From: Utricularia gibba
Lineage: Eukaryota; Plantae; Magnoliophyta
Length of the DNA: 64,000 bases
Reading direction: 5' to 3'
NCBI GenBank assembly: GCA_002189035.1
Contig: NEEC01000020.1
Span: 248,001 to 312,000 of the forward strand
A program made the translations under genes and the position numbers. Below the pieces are notes generated by a model, which was not told where the DNA came from, made no database searches, and worked only from the letters and a program-made list of their open reading frames with translations. Below are positions 36,737-49,778 of the stretch, piece by piece (positions within the stretch are counted from its first letter, which is position 1; each line of letters starts with the position of its first letter).

Positions 36737-39474
36737 TTATAATAATAATTACAATTTTCTCAATTTCCAACCGAAGCAGAGGTTCGGAGTCAATCCCGAG
36801 GCTGGCTCCCGGTTCGGATAGTGGCTCGCATAAAAAAAGGAGGTCAATCATGCGACACCCAGAAACGTGCCTTAAATTGTAAGCCTTGTATTCTATTAAC
36901 CCAATGACGCGGTATTAACTAATGAGATCCTATATTTCTAACCCGATCCGGCTCGACAGCCCGTTTTGTTGACGGGTCCGGGTCACCCGACCCCCCATAG
37001 TCCAACATATAACAATTAGTTTATTATTTCATTTTATTAAAGCAAATAAAATATCTTTCGAAAAATTACACTGAAATAATTATTACCCATTTCTCTAATT
37101 TTCTCATCACAAGAAAATTATTTCTCAATATCAAACTCTAATTACATATTATGTATATATTTTTCTATTACTTTATTATTTTGTAAAAAATAATATAAAA
37201 ACAAACACAACATAGATACTTTTTCATTTATACCCACCACCCGCTTCATAAATTTCGCACAATACATCAAATTTTGGGGCTAAACATGACATTTGACGAA
37301 ATAATGAAGATCAATTATATAAATAAAAATTGAAGATGTCGTTTTTATTGAATAATAAAGATTAAACTCGTCATTTTTTTAAATAGTAAAGATATTTAAC
37401 ATCATGACCAAATTTTTTATGGATCCCAAGTAGTTGAATTTGTTAAAATTGGATTTGAAAACACACATGATATTGAACTTGCAATTTTTTAAATTATTTC
37501 AACTAAAATACACTATTTTATTAATAATAAATTCTTTTTTATAAAAGCAATAAGAGCTTATTTGTGGCTGAATTCTAGCCACGTTGGCCGAGGCAGCGAC
37601 AGCATACAAAAATCTCGGTTTCGGATAAGGACAAAAATCCGAGGAATTGTGTGGATGTCCGAAAACTGGGCCCCACTTTCTTTCTGCTTGGTGACTCACC
37701 TACACCTCTTATTTATCCCAATAATTTTCTTTTTTTAGAATATTTCCTTAATCTTTAAATGGAAATAATCCTCTATTTGAGACATCTTTTTCTTTCAGAA
37801 AAATATTTTTAAAAAATGCAAAATATAAATTAATAGACACTTTTTATTTTCAAAAAACTACAAAAATACCTTATTTTCGTAGTCTAAATCATGTAAAAGC
37901 CCTAGGCGCGATATGGGCTTGGCCGAACGTACATTAGCCCACCGCTGTGATCGGGCTCGGGCTTGTAGATGACGTGGCCGCATATCGACCCTACGTTTCC
38001 TGCCAATTTCCCGTCAACTATGTAATTCTTATTCTAATGGCTGGGTCCCGCAAAGGTATTTCACCATTAATATTTTTGTAGACTTTTTTATTGGGCAATA
38101 TTAAAATAATTTTAATATTAATTTTACAAATAAAAGGTATTAAAAGGTGAATAATAAGAAAATAAATATTAGATTATGAATATTAGGAAAAATATATAAC
38201 ACAAATTATCAATTTTCGCAAAAAAGTAGCAATTTTTTATTTGAAAAAAATTACATGTATAATCAAACTTTTATCCAAATAATATAATTAGTACCCAAAT
38301 AATTAGTGTTTATTTAAATTATTTGAAAATCATATATAATGCAGAGGTTGGTGGGGCCTTTCCATTTTACGAAAATAAATAAATTAAATTAATAAATATT
38401 CAAACATAACTGATTTTCAAATATTTAGAATTAGTTATTTTGGACAAATCAAACATATTTGAAGGTATGTTATTTTGGTTATATTCAAAATCCAAGTTCG
38501 ATCGATCAAATGAATAAAAAAATATTAAATTTTGTTTTAAGGAATATATTAAATATTATTAAATTATTAATTATCAACATAAATATTATAACGTAATAAA
38601 ATATATTTAAATTTTAAGAATATATGTTTTCATTAATTGAAATATAAATATTTAAGTATTACACCTCCTAATTAAAAGAATATAAATTATAATTGTTTTC
38701 CACTTCAATAAATGACGCAACAATCAAGTTGAAATAATTTTTTAAACAAACTTTTTAATAAAAATAAAAGAATTTTGTATACTAAATTAAATAAAATTTT
38801 ATTTTGATTAAATATGTGAGAATAAACACACAGTATTTGGAAGGAAATAGTTACAATTACTGTAGCTAATTAAATAAATATTGAATTATAATCGAAGGAT
38901 TCTCGTCTCTAGATATGAAGCTACGGCGGACATTGAAATTGCCCTTTGACGCGAGCTCGGACATCCGCGATTGAAGGCGAATCAAGGCGTAGATCGGAGC
39001 GAGGAATTTGAATCGGCCTATGCTTCGTAGATTTGCGGCGGAGTAGACGACATTCTGGGCACCTGAGAAGCTCCCACCGTCCCATCATTTTCAGAATCTC
39101 AGATCTGTTTTTCTCTTCGCTTCGTCACTGAGGAGGAGATTGCAGTTGGTTTTTCTGGAGTTGCGAGCGCACTCGCATTTCAGTCATCTTGGTTTGGAGG
39201 TATCGCGCTTATTTAACATTCGCGATCTGTTTTCCTGTTGAGTTCTCGGTTAGATCTGTTGTGATGAAGGCTGATTGTGTGAATGTGGAGAACTGATTGG
39301 TGTTCCTTTGGTCGATAGTTTTGAGTGTCTCTGTTAGATCTGAGTGGTGCGAGGAAGATTACGAGCTTTGACAGTTTACTGGATCCTGTATGGGGAGGAA
39401 GGGTTGATGGTTGAGCATGTCACATCTCTTTGATCTTGCAGGTCCTGAAGAAGGTGGTTGACGTGAAGGGAAGC

Positions 39475-40860
39475 ATGTCGAGGCAATCCCCTCGTAGGAG
39501 TGGACGCAACCAGGGGCTGAGGATGAAGCATGTGCTGCAGATAAGTGTACTGTTAGGTGTCGGAATCTGGCTGCTGTATCAACTGCAGCAACCTTTTGAA
39601 AGGCATTCAGCTGTGGAAGTTAATAAGTATTCTGAGAATGTTTCCGAGACCATCGACCTGGGACGCAAGGATCTGAAGCAGAGTGTGAGGGCAGAAGATA
39701 CTGAAGAAGACGAAGAAGAGAAGCGGGTGGAGGATCACTTGGATGAAGAACTGAACTCAGAGGACGAAAGCAAACTGGAAGCTCAGGAGCTGCAAGAGGT
39801 AGCAAATGGTTTCGGAGAGGAGAATAGCCATGGGAGAGAAGAAAACATGAATAGGGAAGGTGATGATGGGGAGACTGAGCATGTGAAACTGGAGAACGAA
39901 GACTCTGGTAGTGAGACGCATGGGCAGGAAATAACAGAAGACAACACCGAGACTCGCGAGAATGAAGGCCAGGTGATCAAGGAGAACGAGGAGGGGGATC
40001 ATCTTCTAAACAGTGATGGAGAAAAAACTGAAGGGAATGGGAGCAAAGAGGATGATACAAGCAAGGAGGCAGAGAGTGAGAAGAGTGAGGAGACAGTCGG
40101 AGAGAGCACGAGTAATGAAACTGTAACAGAAACAAAAGCGATCACGAGTGATGAAGTCAAGCAAGAAACCCAAGAAGAAGCCAACCATGATGTCCAATCT
40201 AGCGAAGTAAAGCATGAAGACAGCAATGTTTCTTTGGAAAACAAGGAAGGAAAGGATCTCGATCAAGGTAAGATTAGTGATGTAGAAGCTGAAGAGAGCA
40301 AAAAGAACTCAACTGTCGATTCAAGTTCAGTGGGCGGTCAGGAAGAAAGCAGGTATAATGAAACCATTGAAGGTGTGAAGGAGGTGACAACCGCCGGAGA
40401 AGCAGAAAAGGAGGTGGATCACGAATCTTCAGATGGATCAGGTGGAGCCGATGACCAACAGGCCAAAGTTGATGTCAACACCACAGGCATTTCGATTCCA
40501 AGCCTACCATCTAATGGAACTATCCTGAAGCAATCAGAGAAATCCAACTCGAGCGATGAGAATCCTGGTTCAGATTCAGGTGGGAAACCTGATGATGCGA
40601 ATGGGAATCACACAGCCTCAAGTGAAGGTCAGTCTGATGAATCCCAAAGAGATCCCAACCCTGACACCTCATCCAGCAGTCAAGAGATGGATGAGAAACC
40701 AAGTGCCACCGACACCAATGTACCAGAAAACCAGAACAACCAAGTTGATTCATCCAACACTTCAGTTCTCCAGGAAGAGAAAGATGCTCGAACCGACATC
40801 GAGACTCTGCCCGACTCGGGAACCGGAGACAACAGCCACCAGGAAGCCATTGCCAAGTGA
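39475..40860 (+). CDS. Type II membrane-anchored, acidic low-complexity protein (At2g22795/At4g37820-like); coding region in one exon after a 5'UTR intron
   Basis: MSRQSPRRSGRNQG..KHVLQISVLLGVGIWLLYQL (single TM), a long E/S/D/N-rich tract, and a conserved-looking tail LQEEKDARTDIETLP. Confidence 0.8.
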   Translation: MSRQSPRRSGRNQGLRMKHVLQISVLLGVGIWLLYQLQQPFERHSAVEVNKYSENVSETIDLGRKDLKQSVRAEDTEEDEEEKRVEDHLDEELNSEDESKLEAQELQEVANGFGEENSHGREENMNREGDDGETEHVKLENEDSGSETHGQEITEDNTETRENEGQVIKENEEGDHLLNSDGEKTEGNGSKEDDTSKEAESEKSEETVGESTSNETVTETKAITSDEVKQETQEEANHDVQSSEVKHEDSNVSLENKEGKDLDQGKISDVEAEESKKNSTVDSSSVGGQEESRYNETIEGVKEVTTAGEAEKEVDHESSDGSGGADDQQAKVDVNTTGISIPSLPSNGTILKQSEKSNSSDENPGSDSGGKPDDANGNHTASSEGQSDESQRDPNPDTSSSSQEMDEKPSATDTNVPENQNNQVDSSNTSVLQEEKDARTDIETLPDSGTGDNSHQEAIAK

Positions 40861-41606
40861 GAATAGCTTCTGTTTCCTTTATCTTACTCACAAGTTTATC
40901 ATTCCTTGATGGAGATTATCAAGATCATCTCTGAGAACGCAGCTATCAGCTTTTTGTTTGAACTTCAAATGTGTGACTTTTTGTATATCAATTACAAACC
41001 CTTCTCAACTTTACATGTTGCTGCCACTCTTAGGCTCCCCACCAATTAGAAACAACAGAAACCAAGGGTCGGTGTTTACATGTTTAAATATTGACTACAT
41101 TACCTTGTTTGAAATATACTTTTAAAAATCGGATATATTTGATTTTCATAATTCGATAAAATTAATTTTCACTTTTTCCTGATTCATCTTTGCATGTGGT
41201 GTCATCTAGATCAATTTGAAAAGTAACCATTCTTGTTTTTAGTGTTTGAAAAAAATAATCATCAAATATACAAAAATGAAATATAATATTTATGTGAATA
41301 ATAAATATTATTTTTGTCCGCTTTTCAAACAGTGAGAATTAATTATGAATGATTTTAAAATGAAAATAATTAAGATACTGTTTATAAAATCAGTTATTAT
41401 CATCATTTTTCCTATAAGGTTTTATTTGTTAACATTAAAAAATTAAATATTAAAGAAAATAAAAAAAAACATAATTTAAAATAATTATATTATTTTAAAA
41501 TGTTTTATTAGAAAATAGTTTCACAAACTTTACAGCAGAAAGAGTTCAACACCAGGCATTCAAATTTGCAATCTTTTGTAAATTATGAAGTGACCACGCA
41601 AAAATA

Positions 41607-43702
41607 CTAAAATCTCGCGCTCTCTAACCCATGCAGATCGCTGACTCTATTCAACGACTTCCTCAGCTTGGCTACATTAGCAAGCCGCTCAGCTGCCCTC
41701 CAAGCCGAAGTCGGTATGAGCGGCTCGTCTTTCTCATCGGCTTGACCTCGGCCGCCGCATTTATGCCACTTGACGTTCAGCTTCGCCATCTCCGCCTCCA
41801 GTCCCCGAACGAACTCCAAGGCGGAGTCGGATCCCGAGTGAAGAAGCAGCGTGCGCGCGGAGCCCAGGATCCGGTTCGCGCCGGCGAAGTTTTCTCTCTC
41901 GGCGAGTATGCGGCTCTCCGCGACCGCGCGTGTGGTCACGAAGAGCCACCGCAGGCGCTGGATACTCCGGGTGGAGGAGACGACGGCGCGCGGACGGGGA
42001 ATAGGGAGGTGGCGCTCTTTGTCGTATGCGGTTCGCCGGGTTGATAAACCTTCGAAACAGTATCGGACGGCGAGCAGGCGGCCGGACTCGCTCAATGAGG
42101 ATGGGACTTTCAGTTCAATCAGCACTTCTCTCTCCTCCCCCGAATGGAGGGCTCCGATCCAGCACAGATTCGACCCGGAGGCGAGGAACGCGGGCTTTCC
42201 GGTATACGAGTACACGGCGGCGATTTCTGCCGGTGCGGAGCCTGCGGCAAGACTGAGCTGTATACAGAGATCCTGAACGACTTCATTTAGTAGCCCCGAG
42301 ATTCGGTCCACGAAGAACTCGCCGACGGGGACGGTGGAGCATGCACCGAGATTCACGTAGTGGACAGGGATATCTGAAATGGTGAAGCGCGTGGACGACA
42401 CTGACGGCTCGTTTGGTTGGCCATCGGAGAAGAGGAGCATAATAGCCGCGGGATTCCTCTCGCGGCGTTCTTCGATAACCTTCGCCGCTTTCTTCAGCGA
42501 GTCCGTCACGGTGGTGGCGTCACCGTCCAATGGCACGACTGCGTCGATTATCCGGCGAGCGGATCTCCGGCCCGCGGGATTCATTCTTCTGAGAGGTGTG
42601 AGGCGTTTGGATACGGCAGAGAAAGCTATAATCGACAATCGGTCGTCGGCGCCGAGCGACGCAATCACCATTCTCATCGCTTTCTTCATGAACTGAATCT
42701 TCTCGGCGTTGATCGCCTTGCTCACGTCAAGAACCGCCACCAAGTCTACCGGAACACTCCGCCGCTGCAACACCGGAGCTTTGAGTTTCAGAACAACGAC
42801 GTGGGTCTCGCTCGTCTTCCCTGAGGATACTATCGCCGCCTCCGGCAACAAAGCAATCTCCACATCTGTAGCCATCGCCGGAGCCACATTACCCTCCACA
42901 TAGAACCCGGAAACTCCTCGCATTCGTCAGATTCAGGGATGGAATTAAATCTCGCCCCTGAAGTCGGAGAATAAAGCGGCTCATCATCGTTATACGGCTT
43001 CAACGCACACATCTTCTGACTTCCGGCGACGGTGCAGCCGCTGTAAGGTTTGCTCTGGTTCAGAAGATGGAGCTCCTTCCACGTGAAGCCGCAGCTGGGG
43101 CACGTGAGCAAAGATCGCTTCTTCGCGCTAGCCGAAATGCAGGGGAAGTGAAAGCTATGGCCGCACTCCGCCGTGAATATGGCGGTTCCCTGATCGGCTT
43201 TCACTCTTTGAAGACAAATACCACACCTACTCCTCTGCAGAAAACCCCCCAAAAAAGGGGAAACTCAGAAACCATGATTACCAAATCATGAACACAAACG
43301 AAAGGAAAAGTAGAAATCTCTAACCGTCGACAGTCGGGAGATTCGTAAGCTCGATTTCAGTAACGATAGAGTCGAAGGCGACCGAGGGGACGCAGACGCC
43401 GATCCATTCCACGATCTGGGGGTCCCAAATTTGCTTTCGCAGGCAAGCTTCGCAGAACCCGACGGCGAAATGGAATACCGGTTCACCTCCTCCGCTGCCG
43501 TCGCCGGCCTGGCGGTTCTGCATCTGAGACCAAGTCCCGATCCACGCTTAGGAGTCGACGGGGTGGAAAAAAACCCAGCAAATCTGGAGTTTCTGTTTTT
43601 GGAACCGGGCTCCTCGGACCCCTCTCTGCAAACAGAGGAATCTCCTTCTTCCCGCTCCTCAGACACAGAGGTGCAGAAAGCTCTTCTCCACCCCCAAACC
43701 AT
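41607..43702 (-). CDS. WAV3/WAVH/EDA40-type RING-H2 + vWA E3 ubiquitin ligase; apparent -1 frameshift at about 42906-42908
   Basis: MVWGWRRAFCTSV; RING CGICLQ..AIFTAECGHSFHFPCI..CPSC; YNDDEPL..RFNSIPESDE; vWA PVDLVAVLDVS..DRLSIIAFS..LLFSDG; C-terminus PTSAWRAAERLA..SDLHGLESARF*. Confidence 0.9.
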
Positions 43703-45456
43703 CTCTCCAAACCCAAGCTCAAGCACAGATCCCGAGTCTCTCTCTCAACAGCAGCAGCAAGAAGTGAACACTTCCAGAAACAAGACAAGGAAGATGACAC
43801 ATGAAGAAGACACGAAGAATTGTACCCCTTCAGATTCACCAGAATCAAAAGACGACGGCAACCACGAAACCAAACCAGCAACCAATCTCTATCTTCTCCC
43901 CAGAAAAACTGATGGGTATTCCCAGAAACGCAAATGCAAGTGCAAACTGTGGAGAAATGGGAGCATCACCTATTAAAAACGGTGGGAACGGAGTCTTCCG
44001 GTGCAATGGAGAAATCAGGAATACCGGCAGGTGGCGGTGGCCCCCACCCAACGGACGGACCTCCGGCGCTTCAGACAAAAGATCGGTATTTAATTCGGAT
44101 AACATCCACCCGGTCATAAATGGACTCATTTCCATTTATTTTTTTAAATATCTTATAATAAAAATTACAAATCATTGAGATTCCATTTAAAATATTATAA
44201 AAAAACTTTGCATAATTAAAACCAATAATGAGTTGAATATATTTTTAAAAACCATCAATTTCATTAATAATATGAATGTTTTGAAAAAGACAGAATATTG
44301 TCTTTTTCCTTCATAATGTTTTATTATTTTCATGTCTATTCTAGAAAAATTGTCAACATCTCCAAATTATGTTGTATATTTTATTTATTTATTTATTTAT
44401 TATATATCTTTAAAAAGTAATGCTTTTTAATTTAGAATATCCATTAAGTGTTTTTTGATAACTGTTTTAATAAAATAAAAATTGAATCCTAAAACTTTCT
44501 AAAAAAGGAGAATTTTTTTAAAAAAAATTAGCTTTTGTTGGATATTTTATAATATATGTTAATTATAAATTTAATGAGAAATGATATTAAAATAAAAATT
44601 TTTTAAATAATATATTATGTTTAATACAAGAATTTTGATGAATTCAATCATGAAACCTTATATGAAACAAATTTTATTAATTTCTTTTTATATTTATGCA
44701 AATTATCTCTTATTTTGAATAAATTCAAAAATCAGCTGCGGTGGGCCCTACCTGGTAGCATGGAAGGGGCGGATTGGGTGCATGCGGGTGCACCAGAGGA
44801 CACGGACACGCAGAGGCTGCAGAGGAAATGATGAGCAATTGAATACCGGTGATCCTCGCTGGGGCCCATCGTGGATGACGCGGGGACCGCCGTGAAACGC
44901 GCCGCCGGAAGCTGCGATCGCCCTCATCCGTTCAGACGGAGGCGCCGATTTCCATCAGCGTCGCATGCTCCTCCCTGCAGGGAGTAAAAGCATCGAACCG
45001 GTAACCCGATTGAAAACCTAAGATGATTATTGGGCAGGATAGGGACCTAAATGCAATTATTGATGTAATAATTGAGAATTTGAAAATCAAGGGGCCGATT
45101 ATGAATATCGAATGTTTGTTTTTTTAATATAATAATAAAATGATAAGGGAATTAGAATAAGTTGATTGCAGGCGGGGACAGTGCACTGAATGTAGATAAA
45201 AGTCAGAAAACGGCGTCGTAGCTCCCCAGGCTGTAAAAAAAAAAAATAAATAAATATAATAAATTCAAAGCCTATCAATGGAATGCTCAGGCCTAGGTTC
45301 ATGATTTTCTTTCTATTTTTAATTTCATTTAATGCAAAAATACTTTTTAATACAATAAAAATATTATAATTAATAAATATATTTATTTTATGAGAATAAC
45401 AAAAACAAAAATATTTACATATGTGTATTTTTATTTAATATACAAAATATCTTCTA

Positions 45457-48289
45457 TTATTTGATGGCTTTGTTGCCTTTCTCCATTGTCCCGCATCCAC
45501 CCGCACCGCAGCCGCCGCACCCACCGGAGCCCGGCTTAAGGACATTCCCGCATCCGCCGCCGCAGCCGCCACAGCCGCCGCCGCATCCGGACCCACACCC
45601 TCCTTTCAATGGTGTTCCTGTCTTTACTGTAGTGAATCCCTCGTCCTTGGGAGCTTCCACTTTCTCCTCCCGGATCAATGGTAGAGGATGAGAAGCGAAG
45701 CCTTCATGCCCAGGCCTGATTGGTTGCTTGGAGAGCATAAACATCACCAGTATGCCAGGTATAATGAAGCTCTCGTCAATGAACTGTAATGAAAATGATA
45801 GTAGATAGACACGATGCTGGTGAGTTTTGAAGCGCAAGATGTGTATGCTGCGTCGTTGTATGAGATTTACCTTGATGTCACCAGACTTGAGATCGAGTAG
45901 AGCTACAGCTCTTCCGTATGGGGTCTCGGAAGAGAATTCCACAGCTGTGACAAGATTGCCTTCAGCTTTGTGCTTTTGACACCCCTTGGGTTCATAATCC
46001 AGCCTTCCACCAGGATAAAGTCTTACCTGTTTCAAGTAAAGAATTCAAGCGCCACTCACTGGTGTTGGCTCCTCTTACTGGGATGATGAGCTGATGCAGA
46101 AACTTACAGTTTGAGGGCCGGTAAGCTCCAAGAAGTGGCCATCCTGGTCACTTGAGCTTGGATTTGGAAGCTTGAAAGACCATGGAGAGTTCATCATTGA
46201 CCATCCTGAGTCTGAGAATTCCAGTAAACTGCTACGTTCTCTCGAGCCAGGAAAGGCAAGGAATACTCTTGTTCTAGATCCTCCCTTGCCTTTGGACTGT
46301 TTGTCACGCCTGCAACGTTGGGATTCAACAGAAAAAGCTCACTCAGATCCATGGTAAATTCAATGGGTGATTAACTTGAAGCATGGAGGGAAGAATTACT
46401 TTAGATGAAGGCTGAGAACCGTGTTTCCAGCATTATCAACCACGTGGGTGCATCTTCTCTTACCAAACTGGAGTGGCATTTTAAGGGGTAAAAGGAAAGA
46501 ACTTTTCAGGATTGGACGAGAATGAATCATGCAGAGCTCATAAGGTGCTGATGTAGGAACAGTTACTGAGACCGCCACTCTTAAGGTAACTGGTAAGCTT
46601 GATCCATTGGTATGGCTAGTGGGTGCCAACTCCAGCCATTCTTCCACCACAAGATCAGACTGAAATAAATCCTTCAACGGAAATGAAACCACACCAAGAG
46701 TTTCAGGTGATTTATGCAGTGAGCCTGGTGGAGAGTTAACAAGCTCAAAAACGAATTCCCCAGTAGGCTGGCACTGGAATGAAGCCACTTGTTTTGCCCC
46801 TGTTTCAGAGAAGATTGTAAGGTCTCTCTTCGTGTTGAAGATGACGTCCGGTTCCCTTTTACTGAATACAACAGAAAGATTCTCGTTATGTCTCTCCGGC
46901 AGATTTCTAACACTGATGAACTCCAACATGACCTGAAAAGTTACCAGCATCATTGTCCAAAAAATTCATTCTACTCATAATAACAGGGCACGAGGAAGAA
47001 GATGCTTAAGATATGTATGAAGTACCTCAAATACATCCACAGCAGGAGCAAGTATATTCTGGTTCTCATTTGAAGGCTGAGTCATCTTGCAGCTAATCCC
47101 AGAATATGGAGAAATTCTGACAGGCTTAGGGGCACTGCCTCGGTACATTGCTCCAGCTCTCCAATATCTAGCACCATACATCTCCTCATACAACTTTGTG
47201 GTTTCAGAAAAACCAACATCCAGTTTCTGGCCCTTACTTCTGTCAGAGTCCGTATCATCATGTTCCAAAACTTTTCCCATTGTTTCCATAAGATCCTTGC
47301 AGTAAGACACAGGATGAAGTTGGTGCGTGTGCCAGATGAGATCAATGTCGTATGTTGGCACTGAAAAGCTATTCAAGCCCTTCTCCTTGTTTCGCCTAAT
47401 CAAGTGAAGAAAAGCTTTGTATCTAGCCACAGATGCTTTGATATAGCGATCATCGACCATATGGGGTCTTGAAACCTGCATCGGAGCACAGTTTTGGATT
47501 TGGTGAAGCTCAAGTTCCAGAGGAGGAAGGAAAAGATTTCACTACCTGATAGAAGAATGGGGCTTGTCTCTGAACAGCTGAGATGAAGTCATATCCCGTG
47601 CATCTTTCAGGGATTACCCTCTTCCTGTTCTGAACACCATTCGCCATATCCAATTCATATGGCTCCAAGGGGAAGTGCTCACGCCAAATTTCTTCAGATG
47701 AGACTGTAGAAACACCCTCCTCAACAGATGAAACAACGTTCCGATTATCAAGAATCCTCCCGAATAGCGCCTCGCAATCCTTCTTATATCTAATCTGAAA
47801 GAAACAAAACGGCATCCATCTTGCAGAAATACAAAGAAAGAAAGAAAGAAAGAAAAATGAAAGCCTGAGAAGATGACATACAGGGTTAAGCCTGTGACAG
47901 TGCCAGATCCATTCACAATCAAGAGGGACCACGAACTGGCCTTCTAGCAACAAGGATTCACAGTGCTTCGCAAGCAAAGGTAGCCAATAGGCATTATACC
48001 TAAAACACAAAAAGAATAGCTCACAATCACATCACTCCCCACACATATGATTAGCAAAACAACAGCTTCCACTCTTGAAATCGCTAAAATACTATAAATC
48101 AGCTACACCCACATTAAATTCTTGCCTGTATACAGCCGTCTCCAGTCCCGGGCCTTCGTAGAGCCATCGTTTCCGATCAACAGCAGCAAGAAACTTGAGC
48201 TGGGTTTTGGCGGCGGCCACAAGGTCAACTTGTATATCGATACTTTGCGCTTTCTTCCATTCCAAACACTGCTCCCTCTCCATCTCCAT
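45457..48289 (-). CDS. Glycine-rich domain-containing protein (GRDP1/2, DUF1399)
   Basis: MEMEREQCLEWKKAQ..VDLVAAAK, YNAYWLPLLAKH, PLDCEWIWHCHRLNP, ARYKAFLHLI..VPTYDIDLIWHTHQLHP, HDDTDSDRSKG; C-terminal GGCG repeats. Confidence 0.93.
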
Positions 48290-49778
48290 CCTTCAAAACT
48301 ATTCCTCTGAGACAACACAAAACTCCTATCAATCACGGACAAGAAACGCTCTTCAGCATAAAAGTATAACGACGGATGCACCAAACGAGCTCCACCGCTG
48401 ATACTGAACACAGTACGCGCAAACGAGAACCCGCGCGTTCTTGTAAACCCTCGGGGCTCGGAAGTCGTACGACGTTTTGCGTGTCTTGTACAATTCAACC
48501 ATCTCCACTCCGGTGCGTGTACTGCAACTACATCCGCCGGTTCCATCTCGAACCGGATTGGGCTTCCCGGTTTGGATCGAAAGCTTCCGGTCCATAAGTG
48601 AGAAGATTTTTCACATCTAAAAAGCTAAAAAAAAAAAAATCGGTTGAACGGGCAGATTGCCGGTTACAATATTGACTCCGGTTCGGTTCTGAATTTTCCA
48701 GCCGATTTGTAAAACTAACTACGACACTGAACCGGTATTTAAAATCATGGATTCAATTGATATTAAATACATTGAGTTCACTCTATTTAATAAATAAATA
48801 AATATTTTTAAATATAATTAAAATTATTTAATTCGAATATATTATAAAAATGATTCAATCTAAATTCATGTTTAAAATTTAATCCTGTACGAAAATGCGA
48901 GGTGTACGATGATGTACTACACCGGAAAAGAAAAGAAACGTATGTTTTGGGCCTCGTCTGGTATATGTTCCTTAATGGGCTTTACTCGTTCTTACACAAA
49001 AGGTGTCTTTGTCGCAATGCGGACACAAATATGCTTATAATTTAATTAATAATATATTTGAATTATTTTTCCACAATCCATCCATCGTTATGTAACTATA
49101 ACTGAAAATGTTATTTATGTGTAAGGTATTATTTAAATCTTTATATGCATCTGAAAAATAACGAGGTAAAATACATTTGATTAAGAAAAACTCATGCAAG
49201 ATAAGAGTTTAGTGTTTGGACACATGTTTTCATAAGCAAACCTACTAAACACAATTTATGCATATAGATAGCAAGCTCAAATTAGAAAGCTACAGTGACA
49301 TAAGAGACGTTACCGAAATATATACCATAAGGCCGAATAAGATTTAGACTCTTACAAATCTTAAGCATAGTGTGACATATATGTCTAACGACTAACATGT
49401 TCGTCTTTGAAATCGAGATCACATACATATAATACATGATCTAAATGATCCAAATGAAGTTCCTAGCTATTGATCTTATTATTCAAGGTACGATAAGTAT
49501 GATGAGACTTATAATATAAAATACTTATTAGTTGAACATGTACTCATTTGTGCTACATATCAAACATGTTATCATTTTCAATTTCGATATGTCCGTGAAT
49601 TGAATCAATGATTCTAACATATGTCCGTGAAATTTGGATTTGGAGAGGAAATGGTGCTCGGTCCAGTCCAACATTGTTCCTCATTCGACGCCTGAAACCC
49701 TAATCTCCGGTTTTGTTGCCCTAATAACCAACTATATGTACCACTATCGGCTTCAGGAAAGCAAACAAAGGAGAGGGT

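Noticed and set aside
45457-45610. GGCG-repeat coding tract resembling a metallothionein or repeat element
   Set aside because: It is the normal glycine/cysteine-rich C-terminus of GRDP proteins.
49588-49635. Short direct repeat ATATGTCCGTGAA upstream of the small ORF
   Set aside because: Two 13-bp copies only; local slippage is sufficient explanation.
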